Origin: Rhodothermales bacterium
GTDB taxonomy: Bacteria > Bacteroidota > Rhodothermia > Rhodothermales > Bin80
Assembly (NCBI GenBank): GCA_965218495.1
Contig: OZ244626.1
Location: 1,273,122-1,337,121, forward strand
Direction of reading: 5' to 3'
DNA length: 64,000 nucleotides
Part shown: positions 10,382-18,409 of the stretch, piece by piece
Numbering within the stretch: the stretch's first letter is position 1
Layout of the letters: each line of letters begins with the position of its first letter
Program-made: the position numbers and the translations under genes
Notes under the pieces: model-generated
What the model was told of the DNA's origin: nothing
Databases searched by the model: none
The model's input: the letters and a program-made list of their open reading frames with translations, nothing else

Positions 10382-12202
10382 TCACTCCAGAACAAAGAGC
10401 CGTTGCCTGTGAATCAGCCAGCCCCGGGATCCTTCCGCAAGGATCGACATGCCAATGGACTCAAATTGCGTTCGCCAGTCATCTGCCGTACGAAACGCCA
10501 AGTATTTTTCCTGCGCTGCCATACGGCACCAGTGCCGCATGCGATTCGCAGCCTTGTCAAGTGCCATGAGTACCTTGAGACCAAGAGGGCTTCGGTAAAC
10601 GGACTCCACAACGATCACTCGCTGCTGCGACACGCGCCGTGCCTCTTGCAAGACTTCTGTGGCGTCCTTTGCATGGTGCAGCACAAAATAGAGCAAAACT
10701 ACATCGAATGTTCCGGAATTCCAAGGTAGTTTGCCGGACTCACAAAGCGTATGCCTAAGCCCCGTCCTATTCATGTCGACGATGTCCGCAAGGGTCACCT
10801 CCGCCTGCATAACCCGCTGGATGTGCTCTCCGACATAGCCTTCTCCGCATCCGAGGTCCAAAATGACCATCGGCTTCTCAAGTCTTGGCAAATAGGGCCT
10901 GATGAACCACACCTTCCTCCGTGCCCTGTACCGTAAGATCAACTGCAGCAAACCCTGCCCATGCTGAATGCCAGCAAGTACGAGTCCCCCACCCCACCCG
11001 ACGATTACGAATTCCCAGTAGGGGCCGCCAACATACAGCAAGTATGTCCCCATGGACAATGCACCTATCCAGTACCAAGGCCACGCGGGACGGTGCAGAA
11101 AGGTTCCAAGGAAGAGAACTGAGAGCAGGTACCAAGGGTGCACCGTCGTGGTCAGCACCAAGTATAGCCCGATTCCGACAAAGAAGGCCTTTTCCATCGT
11201 CCATCGACACCAATAGTCGAGGGCATATAGAATTGGCAGCCCCATCAAGAAACACCATCGAAGCGCCGGACCAATCTGTTTGCTGTAGTCCGCTCCAGCA
11301 ATCCAATAAAAGACCTGCTTGATCGTGTAGTAAAGCCCTGCATTGAATTCGAAAAAGCGAGTGTACAGGTCCAAGGACTCCCTGACGTTGGTTAGCACGT
11401 ATGGTGCGGCGTACGGTATGGCAAAGAGCCCCAAGGCCACGGCGCCAGGCCATACGGCGCGCCACCCGAGGCGCCGCCACAGAAGTGGAAACAGTACGAC
11501 GGGAAACAGTTTGACCCAAGTCGCGGTGGCCAGTGCGACAGAAGCCCAGGCGCTTTTCCCTGCTCGGCTGGCACATATCACTACCACTAAGGCCAACAGG
11601 AGAAGCGACTCCGTGTGGCCTTGTCCTGCCGTTTCGAGCAGCACTAGGGGATTCCAGGCATACAGCATCAAGGACCGAGTGCTGACAAGTCTGGCTAGTA
11701 AGAGTAATGCCATAAGTTCAGCAAGTACGAGGATGCCCTTGATGGCGAAGTGACTGGCCATCCATCCCTGGCTGCTAAACAAGCTTCCGAACGCAAACAC
11801 GAACTGGGAGACCGGCGGATAGACAGAATAGAATGACTTCGAGTTGAGCCGTTCGTATACATCTTCCCCGTGAATAATCTCGAGCTCGGCCGCTTCTGGT
11901 TTGAACTCATACGGATTGACGTGCTGAGCTTGCACAAGCCCATCCCACACGTACCGATACGCATCGTCGGATAGCGACGGCGGTAGCCATACCAAGGCCA
12001 GCCGGAATATAACGGCGAAAAGCAAGACATCGAACCTAGTGATGTCCTGCCGCCACCAAAGCCAAACTAAAGCACCACTACCTGATAGTGCTACGACTAC
12101 TAGCGTCGGAAGCTGCGTACGATCCTGTGCCAGAACAGCAAGCACGAAGATGGCCCCTGTGAGGAGAACAAGTAAACCAGTGGTAAGTCTCGATCGCGTC
12201 AT
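10382..12202 (-). CDS. polytopic GT-C/DUF2029-like membrane glycosyltransferase fused to a C-terminal class I SAM methyltransferase
   Basis: 606 aa. The N-terminal ~440 aa are multi-TM with the loop motif LSDDAYRYVWDG..NPY. The C-terminal ~160 aa carry VILDLGCGEG...FDVVLLYFVLHH (methyltransferase motifs I and post-II). Confidence 0.8.
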   Translation of the reverse strand: MTRSRLTTGLLVLLTGAIFVLAVLAQDRTQLPTLVVVALSGSGALVWLWWRQDITRFDVLLFAVIFRLALVWLPPSLSDDAYRYVWDGLVQAQHVNPYEFKPEAAELEIIHGEDVYERLNSKSFYSVYPPVSQFVFAFGSLFSSQGWMASHFAIKGILVLAELMALLLLARLVSTRSLMLYAWNPLVLLETAGQGHTESLLLLALVVVICASRAGKSAWASVALATATWVKLFPVVLFPLLWRRLGWRAVWPGAVALGLFAIPYAAPYVLTNVRESLDLYTRFFEFNAGLYYTIKQVFYWIAGADYSKQIGPALRWCFLMGLPILYALDYWCRWTMEKAFFVGIGLYLVLTTTVHPWYLLSVLFLGTFLHRPAWPWYWIGALSMGTYLLYVGGPYWEFVIVGWGGGLVLAGIQHGQGLLQLILRYRARRKVWFIRPYLPRLEKPMVILDLGCGEGYVGEHIQRVMQAEVTLADIVDMNRTGLRHTLCESGKLPWNSGTFDVVLLYFVLHHAKDATEVLQEARRVSQQRVIVVESVYRSPLGLKVLMALDKAANRMRHWCRMAAQEKYLAFRTADDWRTQFESIGMSILAEGSRGWLIHRQRLFVLE

Positions 12203-12649
12203 GGGTAATCACATGCTGCATCGTGGCAGCTGGGCCAGCCAAGCGCAACAAAACTACAACGATTGACCTTCGGGGATAAGTTGGGTGCACGCTGCTGGCT
12301 GGCGCAAGATACTTCGGGGCGCTGCCCCCAGCGAGCGACGGATGCACCAGGTAGTCGCTTGTGCTTTGACACTCACCAACACTGTCGTTCTTCATCAGGC
12401 CATCTCAGGGTACCGGACGAATAGAAACTCAAGTCAGTGCCGCAGCCATGGGTTGCAGACTGCACCATTGCCGCAGAAGATGTAAATCACGCAGCGGCTG
12501 ACTGCATACGCAAAGCGCAATAGCCCATTGCAACTGCCGAATTGTGTGCGCCCCATGAACTGGCACCGCTTGCGAGCATGCGAGCCTCCAAAAAGCGAGC
12601 TTAACACAGTGGGTCAGTGGACGAGCACCTCGCTGTACGATTGCGCAAT

Positions 12650-13444
12650 TCAACTAGGTCTGAAGTGCTTCTCTGCGAATGCTCGGTTGAAAACAATTTC
12701 GTCGCCATCCTCTTGGAGCCAAGGCCACAGGTCCGCTGGAATGTTCGGCTTCGTCGCCACCATGGCGAACGAGTTGCATTGACGCTTGAATAAGAATGTG
12801 ACCAACTTCGCAATGGGCGCCGCGAAGTAGAGCAAGCTGAGCTTGAGTCCACTTTTTCTGAGCCCGGCCATTTCGTACGGTAGGTTAAGTCCATAGAAAA
12901 ACCGGAAACCGTGCTTTCCAAGCGGATTGAAGGACTTTATCACCTTCTTGAATTCTACCTCCGTCCACCGATAGATGAAGTTTGGAATGGGAGTATTGTC
13001 AACACCTTCATACGCAAAGTCGTGGTCAATGACAGATTCGAGTTCGTATGAAGGGGAAAGTCCCAAACGATTGGCAAGCCGCATCGTAGCGCTGTCGCGT
13101 GATTCCACAACAATCACTACCCGTCGCGCCACCCGGTACATCTCAACGAGTGCTCGATGGGGAGACCGACAATGATGCAGGCCGTCAGCCACAAACGCTA
13201 CGTCGAAGCTCCCGTCTGCGAATGACAAACACTGCGCGTCTTCGCGGCTCCATCGAAATGGAGCAAACTGTCCCGCATGCATACGTTCATCCAGATTTGT
13301 GACTAGCACATTAGCAAATCCAAGTTTGTTGAAGAGCGCATGCTCCGCGATTCCAGCACAGACGGTAAGAATGCTGTCCGACTCCCGCACCGTGCCGTCC
13401 TTTAAGAGAGCCACCAGAATGGATTCGACGAAGCTTGCGCGCAT
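12650..13444 (-). CDS. class I SAM-dependent methyltransferase
   Basis: 264 aa with ILTVCAG (motif I-like) ...FDVAFVADGLHH...EMYRVARRVVIVVE. Confidence 0.8.
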   Translation of the reverse strand: MRASFVESILVALLKDGTVRESDSILTVCAGIAEHALFNKLGFANVLVTNLDERMHAGQFAPFRWSREDAQCLSFADGSFDVAFVADGLHHCRSPHRALVEMYRVARRVVIVVESRDSATMRLANRLGLSPSYELESVIDHDFAYEGVDNTPIPNFIYRWTEVEFKKVIKSFNPLGKHGFRFFYGLNLPYEMAGLRKSGLKLSLLYFAAPIAKLVTFLFKRQCNSFAMVATKPNIPADLWPWLQEDGDEIVFNRAFAEKHFRPS

Positions 13445-13633
13445 GAAGACCTAGTGACTAGTTGGCACGAACGAGATCACGCGATGGCAGACAAGGAGTG
13501 TGCAAGCAAAAATGGAACACGATGCTTTGAAGCTTAGTGAATTTGGACGCATTTCGCTGAATACTAAAGGTTTGGAGGAGCGAAGAGCCAGACTGGAGCA
13601 CAGCGTAACCTCTAGCGTAATCCTTTTCCTGTC

Positions 13634-13989
13634 ATGAAAAACGACCCGACTACGCTCACGAACGGGGCGCCTGAAGCGTCCGCCGCGGAGGTGATTCCAC
13701 GCGCTCGCCGCCGCCGGTTCTCCGTCAAGTACAAGCTACGAATTCTCCGGAAAGCGGATGAATGCACGGGCGGCACGGCCGTTGGCGCACCGCTGCGCAG
13801 GGAGGGCAGGCTGGGCACCGGCAAACGGGACAACGACGAAGTAGTCCTACTGGAGGCCCAGCTGGAAGCTGCTCACAGGACGATCGAAGGCCTGAGGAGC
13901 AGACTCGGAAAGGCCGAGCTGATCATTGACGTTCAAAAAAGATCTCGAGCGCCTTTGGGATCGGGATTCAGGAAAGCGAAAGCCCATGA
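13634..13989 (+). pseudogene. IS3-family orfA (HTH/leucine zipper), frame-disrupted
   Basis: RRRFSVKYKLRILRKADE...LLEAQLEAAHRTIEGLRSRLGKAELIIDVQK is a typical IS3 OrfA. The expected C-terminus (KKISSAFGIGIQESESP*) is in a different frame from the body, and a middle segment appears to be missing. Confidence 0.6.
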
Positions 13990-14340
13990 AGATCGCGGCA
14001 GTGAAGCTGCTGGCAAAGGATCTTGGTATGGCTCCCGCCTGCAAGGTCGTAGGTATCCCTCGTTCGACCTACTACTACAGCTTACAGGTGCCGGCACGCA
14101 CGCCGCGGAAGCAGCGGCGTGGACGAAGCCTTCGCCAATTGCCAGTAGCGCAACGAGCGGAGATCCGCGCACTGTTGAACTCGGAGCGGTTCAGGGATCT
14201 GCCCCCACGGCAGATCTATGCCACGCTCCTGGACGAAGGCACCTATGTGTGCCATTGGCGCACGATGTACAACATCCTCCACGAGTACGACGAAGTGCGA
14301 GAGCGCCGCAATCAACGTGTTCATCCCCCGTACAAGAAGC
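13926..14340 (+). pseudogene. IS3-family orfB, N-terminal part
   Basis: ACKVVGIPRSTYYY...RAEIRALLNSERFRDLPPRQIYATLLDEGTYVCHWRTMYNILH...HPPYKK, then broken by the IS256-like insertion. The reading resumes as PELLATVPNKVWS*DITKL at 17012. Confidence 0.7.
13935..13941 (+). promoter_or_regulatory. A6G slippery heptamer (IS3-type -1 frameshift signal), relic
   Basis: AAAAAAG lies at the orfA/orfB overlap. It is in X XXY YYZ register with the frame that is -1 to orfB, but not with the frame of the present orfA body. Confidence 0.4.
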
Positions 14341-14660
14341 GGAACGGGATTGCACATTTTTAAGTTGGGTTTCGGCAGCTTCTGCCGAGATGGGCCCTCA
14401 AAGTAGATATCTTTTGGCAATGGATTGCGCTACGGGCCGAGTGTGTGGGTGCAAATGGGACGGTGCAAGCTTATATGGGCCCAATTGCGTGCTCGCACGC
14501 GGATTTTCGGGCGTAGGCAGGCTCGTGGAGTGACTTTCCGGGCATGATATCCCGCAGGTATCCTCTGATTGCACGCGTAAGCGGCGATCTTGGCAGGGTG
14601 CAGCGCCTCAGAGCGTCCAGACAGCTGCGGGTTTTGCGTTATGCCAGCGTCAGCAGCGCG

Positions 14661-15965
14661 CTACTGCGCGCGGCATCCAGCGGCAGGTGTTGCCTTTGCA
14701 GCCCTTTGGGGCTGGCAGACCGAATCCCCACTAACCCATCGACCCCCGGAGGTGCTCAGGACCTTGGTCAGCTCCTTCATGTCCTCCCGGCGTATCGGCT
14801 TCAGATTCGACTCGTACTGCATGAATATCGCCCCGCACCAGCGCTGACGCATCCCCGATGACCTCCAGCGCTTCACGTTCCGTGATCGGTTCGCAATAAT
14901 GCTGTTGAGGTTCTCGATGATGTTCGTCGTCTTCAGACTGTCTCTGACAGCCTGGTTCCGCACCCCCAACCGGTGAAGTGTCAGCGTATCCTCCAAACCC
15001 TCCTCCAGACTGCGTGCGGCTTTCGGGCACGACCGCTGCAGCGCTTCATGCAGCGACACAAGCGCCGCCCGTGCCTCCGCGTACGTGGGTAGCTCCCAAG
15101 CCGCCTGAAGCCGACGCTTCATATGCGTGGCCGCTGGCTCGCTTTTGATGTGACGCGTCACATTGGTACGCTTGTGCCATTGGCAGCGCTGGAATACGAC
15201 CGCATCCCCAAACACCGCGCCGATCCCCTTGCGAAGCCCGCGGCTGCCGTCCACCTGTACCAACAGCTTGTCGGTATGGGTGAAGCCCCGATGCAACAGA
15301 TCCTGCAACAGCGATTCCACCTGCGCACTGTTCTCGGTACGGCTTTCCGCAAAGCCCAGGACGACCTTCTCGCCCTCGGTCGTGATGCCCATCGCTACGA
15401 TCATCTGCATATCGGCCAGATACTTGCCATCAAGCAGGAGCACCGCAAAGGTGTGCTGATCGAAGCGGCGCGTCTCAAATGCCTTCAGTAGCGCTGCCGT
15501 CTGCGTCATGAAGGCGTTGCCTATGCTGCTGGCACTCAACCCCATACTATCGGTGAAGACTTGGGCCGCCTGCCTGTAATTGCGCCGCGAGAGTCCACAC
15601 AGCAACCCCCTGGTCACGCTTTCCCGGTCCATAAGCCCACGCTTGCGCAAGAGGCGGTACGTTTGCAGAGGACGCTCCTTTCGGGTTCGTACATTCCGCA
15701 CGCGCGGAACGCGGACCGCAATGCGCTCCAAACCGACGCGGATGGAACCCGGATTCGTCCCCCAGCGCTGAAAGCCGGTCTTACGGTGCTTCCCACGTGC
15801 GCCGCAAATGAAGCGGGCTTCGGCTTCCATGACCCATGTGGCCATCTTGGTAAGAAGATCATCGAGATATCCAAGGCAGCTGGCCAGGCCGATGAAATTC
15901 CTTTGCGCAAGCCCGCGAAGGTCCTCGATGAGTGATTGATCCAGCATAGGGGTATGGGTCATCAT
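14661..15965 (-). CDS. IS256 family (Mutator-type) transposase
   Basis: 434 aa with LLLDGKYL...VAMGITTEGEKVVLGF...LLVQVDGSRGLRKGIGAVFGDAVVFQRCQWHKRTNV, the IS256 DDE blocks. Confidence 0.9.
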   Translation of the reverse strand: MMTHTPMLDQSLIEDLRGLAQRNFIGLASCLGYLDDLLTKMATWVMEAEARFICGARGKHRKTGFQRWGTNPGSIRVGLERIAVRVPRVRNVRTRKERPLQTYRLLRKRGLMDRESVTRGLLCGLSRRNYRQAAQVFTDSMGLSASSIGNAFMTQTAALLKAFETRRFDQHTFAVLLLDGKYLADMQMIVAMGITTEGEKVVLGFAESRTENSAQVESLLQDLLHRGFTHTDKLLVQVDGSRGLRKGIGAVFGDAVVFQRCQWHKRTNVTRHIKSEPAATHMKRRLQAAWELPTYAEARAALVSLHEALQRSCPKAARSLEEGLEDTLTLHRLGVRNQAVRDSLKTTNIIENLNSIIANRSRNVKRWRSSGMRQRWCGAIFMQYESNLKPIRREDMKELTKVLSTSGGRWVSGDSVCQPQRAAKATPAAGCRAQ

Positions 15966-16930
15966 ACGGCGTTGAGGTTGATGAGAATCTCACGAAGTTG
16001 TGGCAGATAGGCCGCATGGGCCACACGGCGCAGCTGAGCCTCGTGTTCCAACAGTGCCAGTGCCATCTGTTCGCGTCGCTGGAAAACGGCGCTGGCCGGG
16101 GTCTGCAACCTGCGACTGATGGCATCCATGAAGCGCATCACGCGCAGCCCTCTGTCGAGCTTGAGCAGCATGCCCGTGCGTTGAATCGTCAGAGATTGCT
16201 CCAGGCCCTCCCACAGAACCTTCGCTGCGGACCGATTGACGCGCGTCAAGTCCTGGTGAATACGGGTGAGTGCGCGTTCAGCTTCCCGGGCATCGAACCC
16301 ATTCCATGCCTGGCGGAGGCGATTGCGATACACAGGAACAAGGTCTTCCGGAAGACCACAGGTGACTTGATCCAATAGCGTATTGAGACAGCGCTGTATA
16401 GCGACCCTGGGGCCGAACACCTGGCGCACCGCCGATTGCAGTCCCGTACTGCTGGGCAGCACACAGAGCAGCCCGTCGGCGGCCGAAAGACCACGATCGG
16501 ACAGCGACTGCACAAAGGACGTAAGAGCAGAGACGTTCTCAGGGTAGCACGCTATAAGGCCAAGTATGCGGCGATAGCCCGTGATGGTCAGACCCGCTCC
16601 AAGAACGATGTTAACGCCGCGTGGGCACAGCCCGCGCAGCCAAATCGCAACGATCGGGTCGTCTTGCAGACTGCGCGAATGCAACAGCTGCCACGCTTCA
16701 TTCAACTGCGCCGAGTCCGGCTTTGTGTCCTGGGCCGCAGCAGAAGCCTTGATCACTACGGGCGGTGGCACCGGCTGCTGATGCGCTACCGGAATGGGCC
16801 AGTCAGTGGTCAATTGTTGCAGTATGTGCGTGCAGAGCTTCATCAGAAGCCGCCGCGAGTCACCGGAGGGATTGATCTGGGCGTCTGCAGGCGCCTCAGC
16901 CCTCCCCAAAACAGGCTGTGAGGGGTTCAT
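15962..16930 (-). CDS. IS256-transposase-like paralog lacking the catalytic acidic residues
   Basis: 322 aa that align by eye to the transposase core (IWLRGLCP...LGAGLTITGYRRILGL...LCVLPSSTGLQSAVRQVFGPRVAIQRC). R/P replace the D residues, and QRCxWHKxxN is degenerate. The stop overlaps the transposase ATG (ATGA at 15962-15965). Confidence 0.75.
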   Translation of the reverse strand: MNPSQPVLGRAEAPADAQINPSGDSRRLLMKLCTHILQQLTTDWPIPVAHQQPVPPPVVIKASAAAQDTKPDSAQLNEAWQLLHSRSLQDDPIVAIWLRGLCPRGVNIVLGAGLTITGYRRILGLIACYPENVSALTSFVQSLSDRGLSAADGLLCVLPSSTGLQSAVRQVFGPRVAIQRCLNTLLDQVTCGLPEDLVPVYRNRLRQAWNGFDAREAERALTRIHQDLTRVNRSAAKVLWEGLEQSLTIQRTGMLLKLDRGLRVMRFMDAISRRLQTPASAVFQRREQMALALLEHEAQLRRVAHAAYLPQLREILINLNAV

Positions 16931-17011
16931 ATGGTTGGAAAGGAATGGTGGAGACTAGGGTCCACCTCCACAGCAACTCTCCAATTCCCAACTTGAATTT
17001 GTGCGATCCCG

Positions 17012-17265
17012 CCGGAACTGCTGGCTACCGTCCCCAATAAGGTCTGGTCCTAGGACATCACCAAGCTGCGCGGACCGCAGAAGTGGAGCAGCTATAAGCT
17101 GCTCGTAATGCTGGATATCTACAGCCGATACGTAGTGGGCTGGATGGTAGCACCCGGGGAATCCGGCGGTCTGGCAGCAGAATTCATCGCCGCCACGTGC
17201 GAGCGCCAGGGCATTCGTCCGCAGCAACTCACGATTCATTCCGACCGTGGCCCTGCCATGATATC
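17012..17265 (+). pseudogene. IS3-family orfB, middle (rve integrase core) fragment
   Basis: PELLATVPNKVWS*DITKLRGPQKWSSYKLLVMLDIYSRYVVGWMV...LTIHSDRGPAMIS. An in-frame TAG at 17051-17053 sits where W is expected. The fragment is cut at 17265/17266 by IS1380 copy A. Confidence 0.8.
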
Positions 17266-17361
17266 TAACCCGGATAAATCACCCGGGTGCGAAGAATTGG
17301 AACCCAAGCCCCACGTAAGTGTATGATTAATAATCATTTATAACCATCCTGTGCACTGCGC

Positions 17362-17724
17362 GTGAACAACACAGACTGTCATACTGAAGAGCTTCGTTTC
17401 GAGGACTTGGGGCGGCGTAAAGTGGTCGGAAAGTTCGACGGCGGCCCTATGTCCTCGGACGCAGGTGTTCTCTTGTTGCGGGAGGCCGACCGGATGTTCG
17501 ACGTCATAGGCCGTTTTGCCGCCTGCTTCACCGACCACCGTGATCCCAGCAGGGTCGAGCATACCGTGGAGGCGATGCTCAGGCAACGTGTCTACGCGAT
17601 ATGCTTGGGCTACGAAGACGTGAACGACCATGACCGTCTGCGGGACGATCCCGTGTTGGCCATGGGCGTGGGCTGCGAAGATGTAATAGGTGCGCACCGG
17701 GCACGGGAGCGCGACCAGGGACAT
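17362..17724 (+). CDS. IS1380 family transposase, exon 1 (121 codons)
   Basis: FDGGPMSSDAGVLLLREADRMFDVIGRFAACFTDHRDPSRVEHTVEAMLRQRVYAICLGYEDVNDHDRLRDDPVLAMGVG is the hallmark IS1380 N-terminus. The frame ends at the codon boundary before GTGTG. Confidence 0.8.
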
Positions 17725-18409
17725 GTGTGCCACGTAGTGGCGCGAAAGTGATGTTCTTTAACATAGCTTGAGTGTTGCGTAACTGCATTGAGGATGGAGG
17801 TAGGTCCTCCGCAGCCGCTGTGCAGGCGGAGGCTGCAAACCACCCACTGCTGCTGGGCTTTAAGGGTCTGGTGGTGAGCGAGCTGGGAAAAGGCGGAGCT
17901 ATGACTCTGTCAGGTGTGGATCGTAGAGTCGAACGCAAGTGAACCGCTGACTAAGTGTCGAAAGGTCTTAGACGATGTCAAAACCGGGGTTTATGTCCTG
18001 CTCCGGGACGAGGTCGGGGGCGACCTGCTTATTGCCCGATCGGCATCCGGCATGGAGGCGGCGAGAATGCGATCTGGGCCTCAATGCGGAACGTGGGAAC
18101 CTGTCGGGGCGATGCAAAGGGAGTGTCACAAGTGGAAGTCCCACAAGTGATTGAGTACCAATGCGCCCCACGGGGGCGGATCGGCTTGTAGTAGCGATGA
18201 AACGGGGTAATGCCCGTGGAGCGAAGAGGCCGACTCGGCTGGCTGACTGGATGAGGCAACCGCGTTGCGGGAGGACCTCACCTGCGAAGCAAGGGCTTGG
18301 TCGTTGGCTGGTCCAACGGCGGAGTGGGCCGAGAAGAGCCGTATGAGGCGAGAGTCTCACGTACGGTTCCGTGAGGGCCTGGGGGTGAAATTCCCCCGGG
18401 CTACTCGAC
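17725..18409 (+). mobile_element. ORF-less group II intron (intron Y, 685 nt)
   Basis: 5' GTGTG; domain V GAGCCGTATGAGGCGAGAGTCTCACGTACGGTTC at 18336-18369; domain-VI-like hairpin GGGCCTGGGGGTGAAATTCCCCCGGGCTACTCGAC with an unpaired A 7 nt from the end. No RT ORF, and the flanking exons join in frame. Confidence 0.8.

Larger units (their letters stand above)
13538..14344 (+). mobile_element. IS3-family element, left segment (host of the nested insertions); left end approximate
   Basis: Begins TGAATTTGGACGC (a TG... terminus) and carries orfA and the 5' part of orfB. It is cut at 14344/14345 by the IS256-like element and continues at 17012. Confidence 0.7.
14345..17011 (-). mobile_element. 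IS256-like insertion sequence (about 2.67 kb) with two tandem ORFs
   Basis: Terminal inverted repeats CGGGATTGCACATTTTTAAGTTGGG vs reverse complement CGGGATCGCACAAATTCAAGTTGGG. Flanked by an imperfect 8-9 bp direct repeat (AAGC-GGAAC / GCCGGAAC). Its removal restores the IS3 orfB reading YKK|PELL. Confidence 0.85.

Noticed and set aside
14341-14533. C-terminal extension of the 299-aa ORF 13634-14533 as a real protein.
   Set aside because: The ORF is an IS3 orfA frame that simply stays open across the frameshift region and into the terminal repeat of the IS256-like element. No coding signal exists beyond about 13990.
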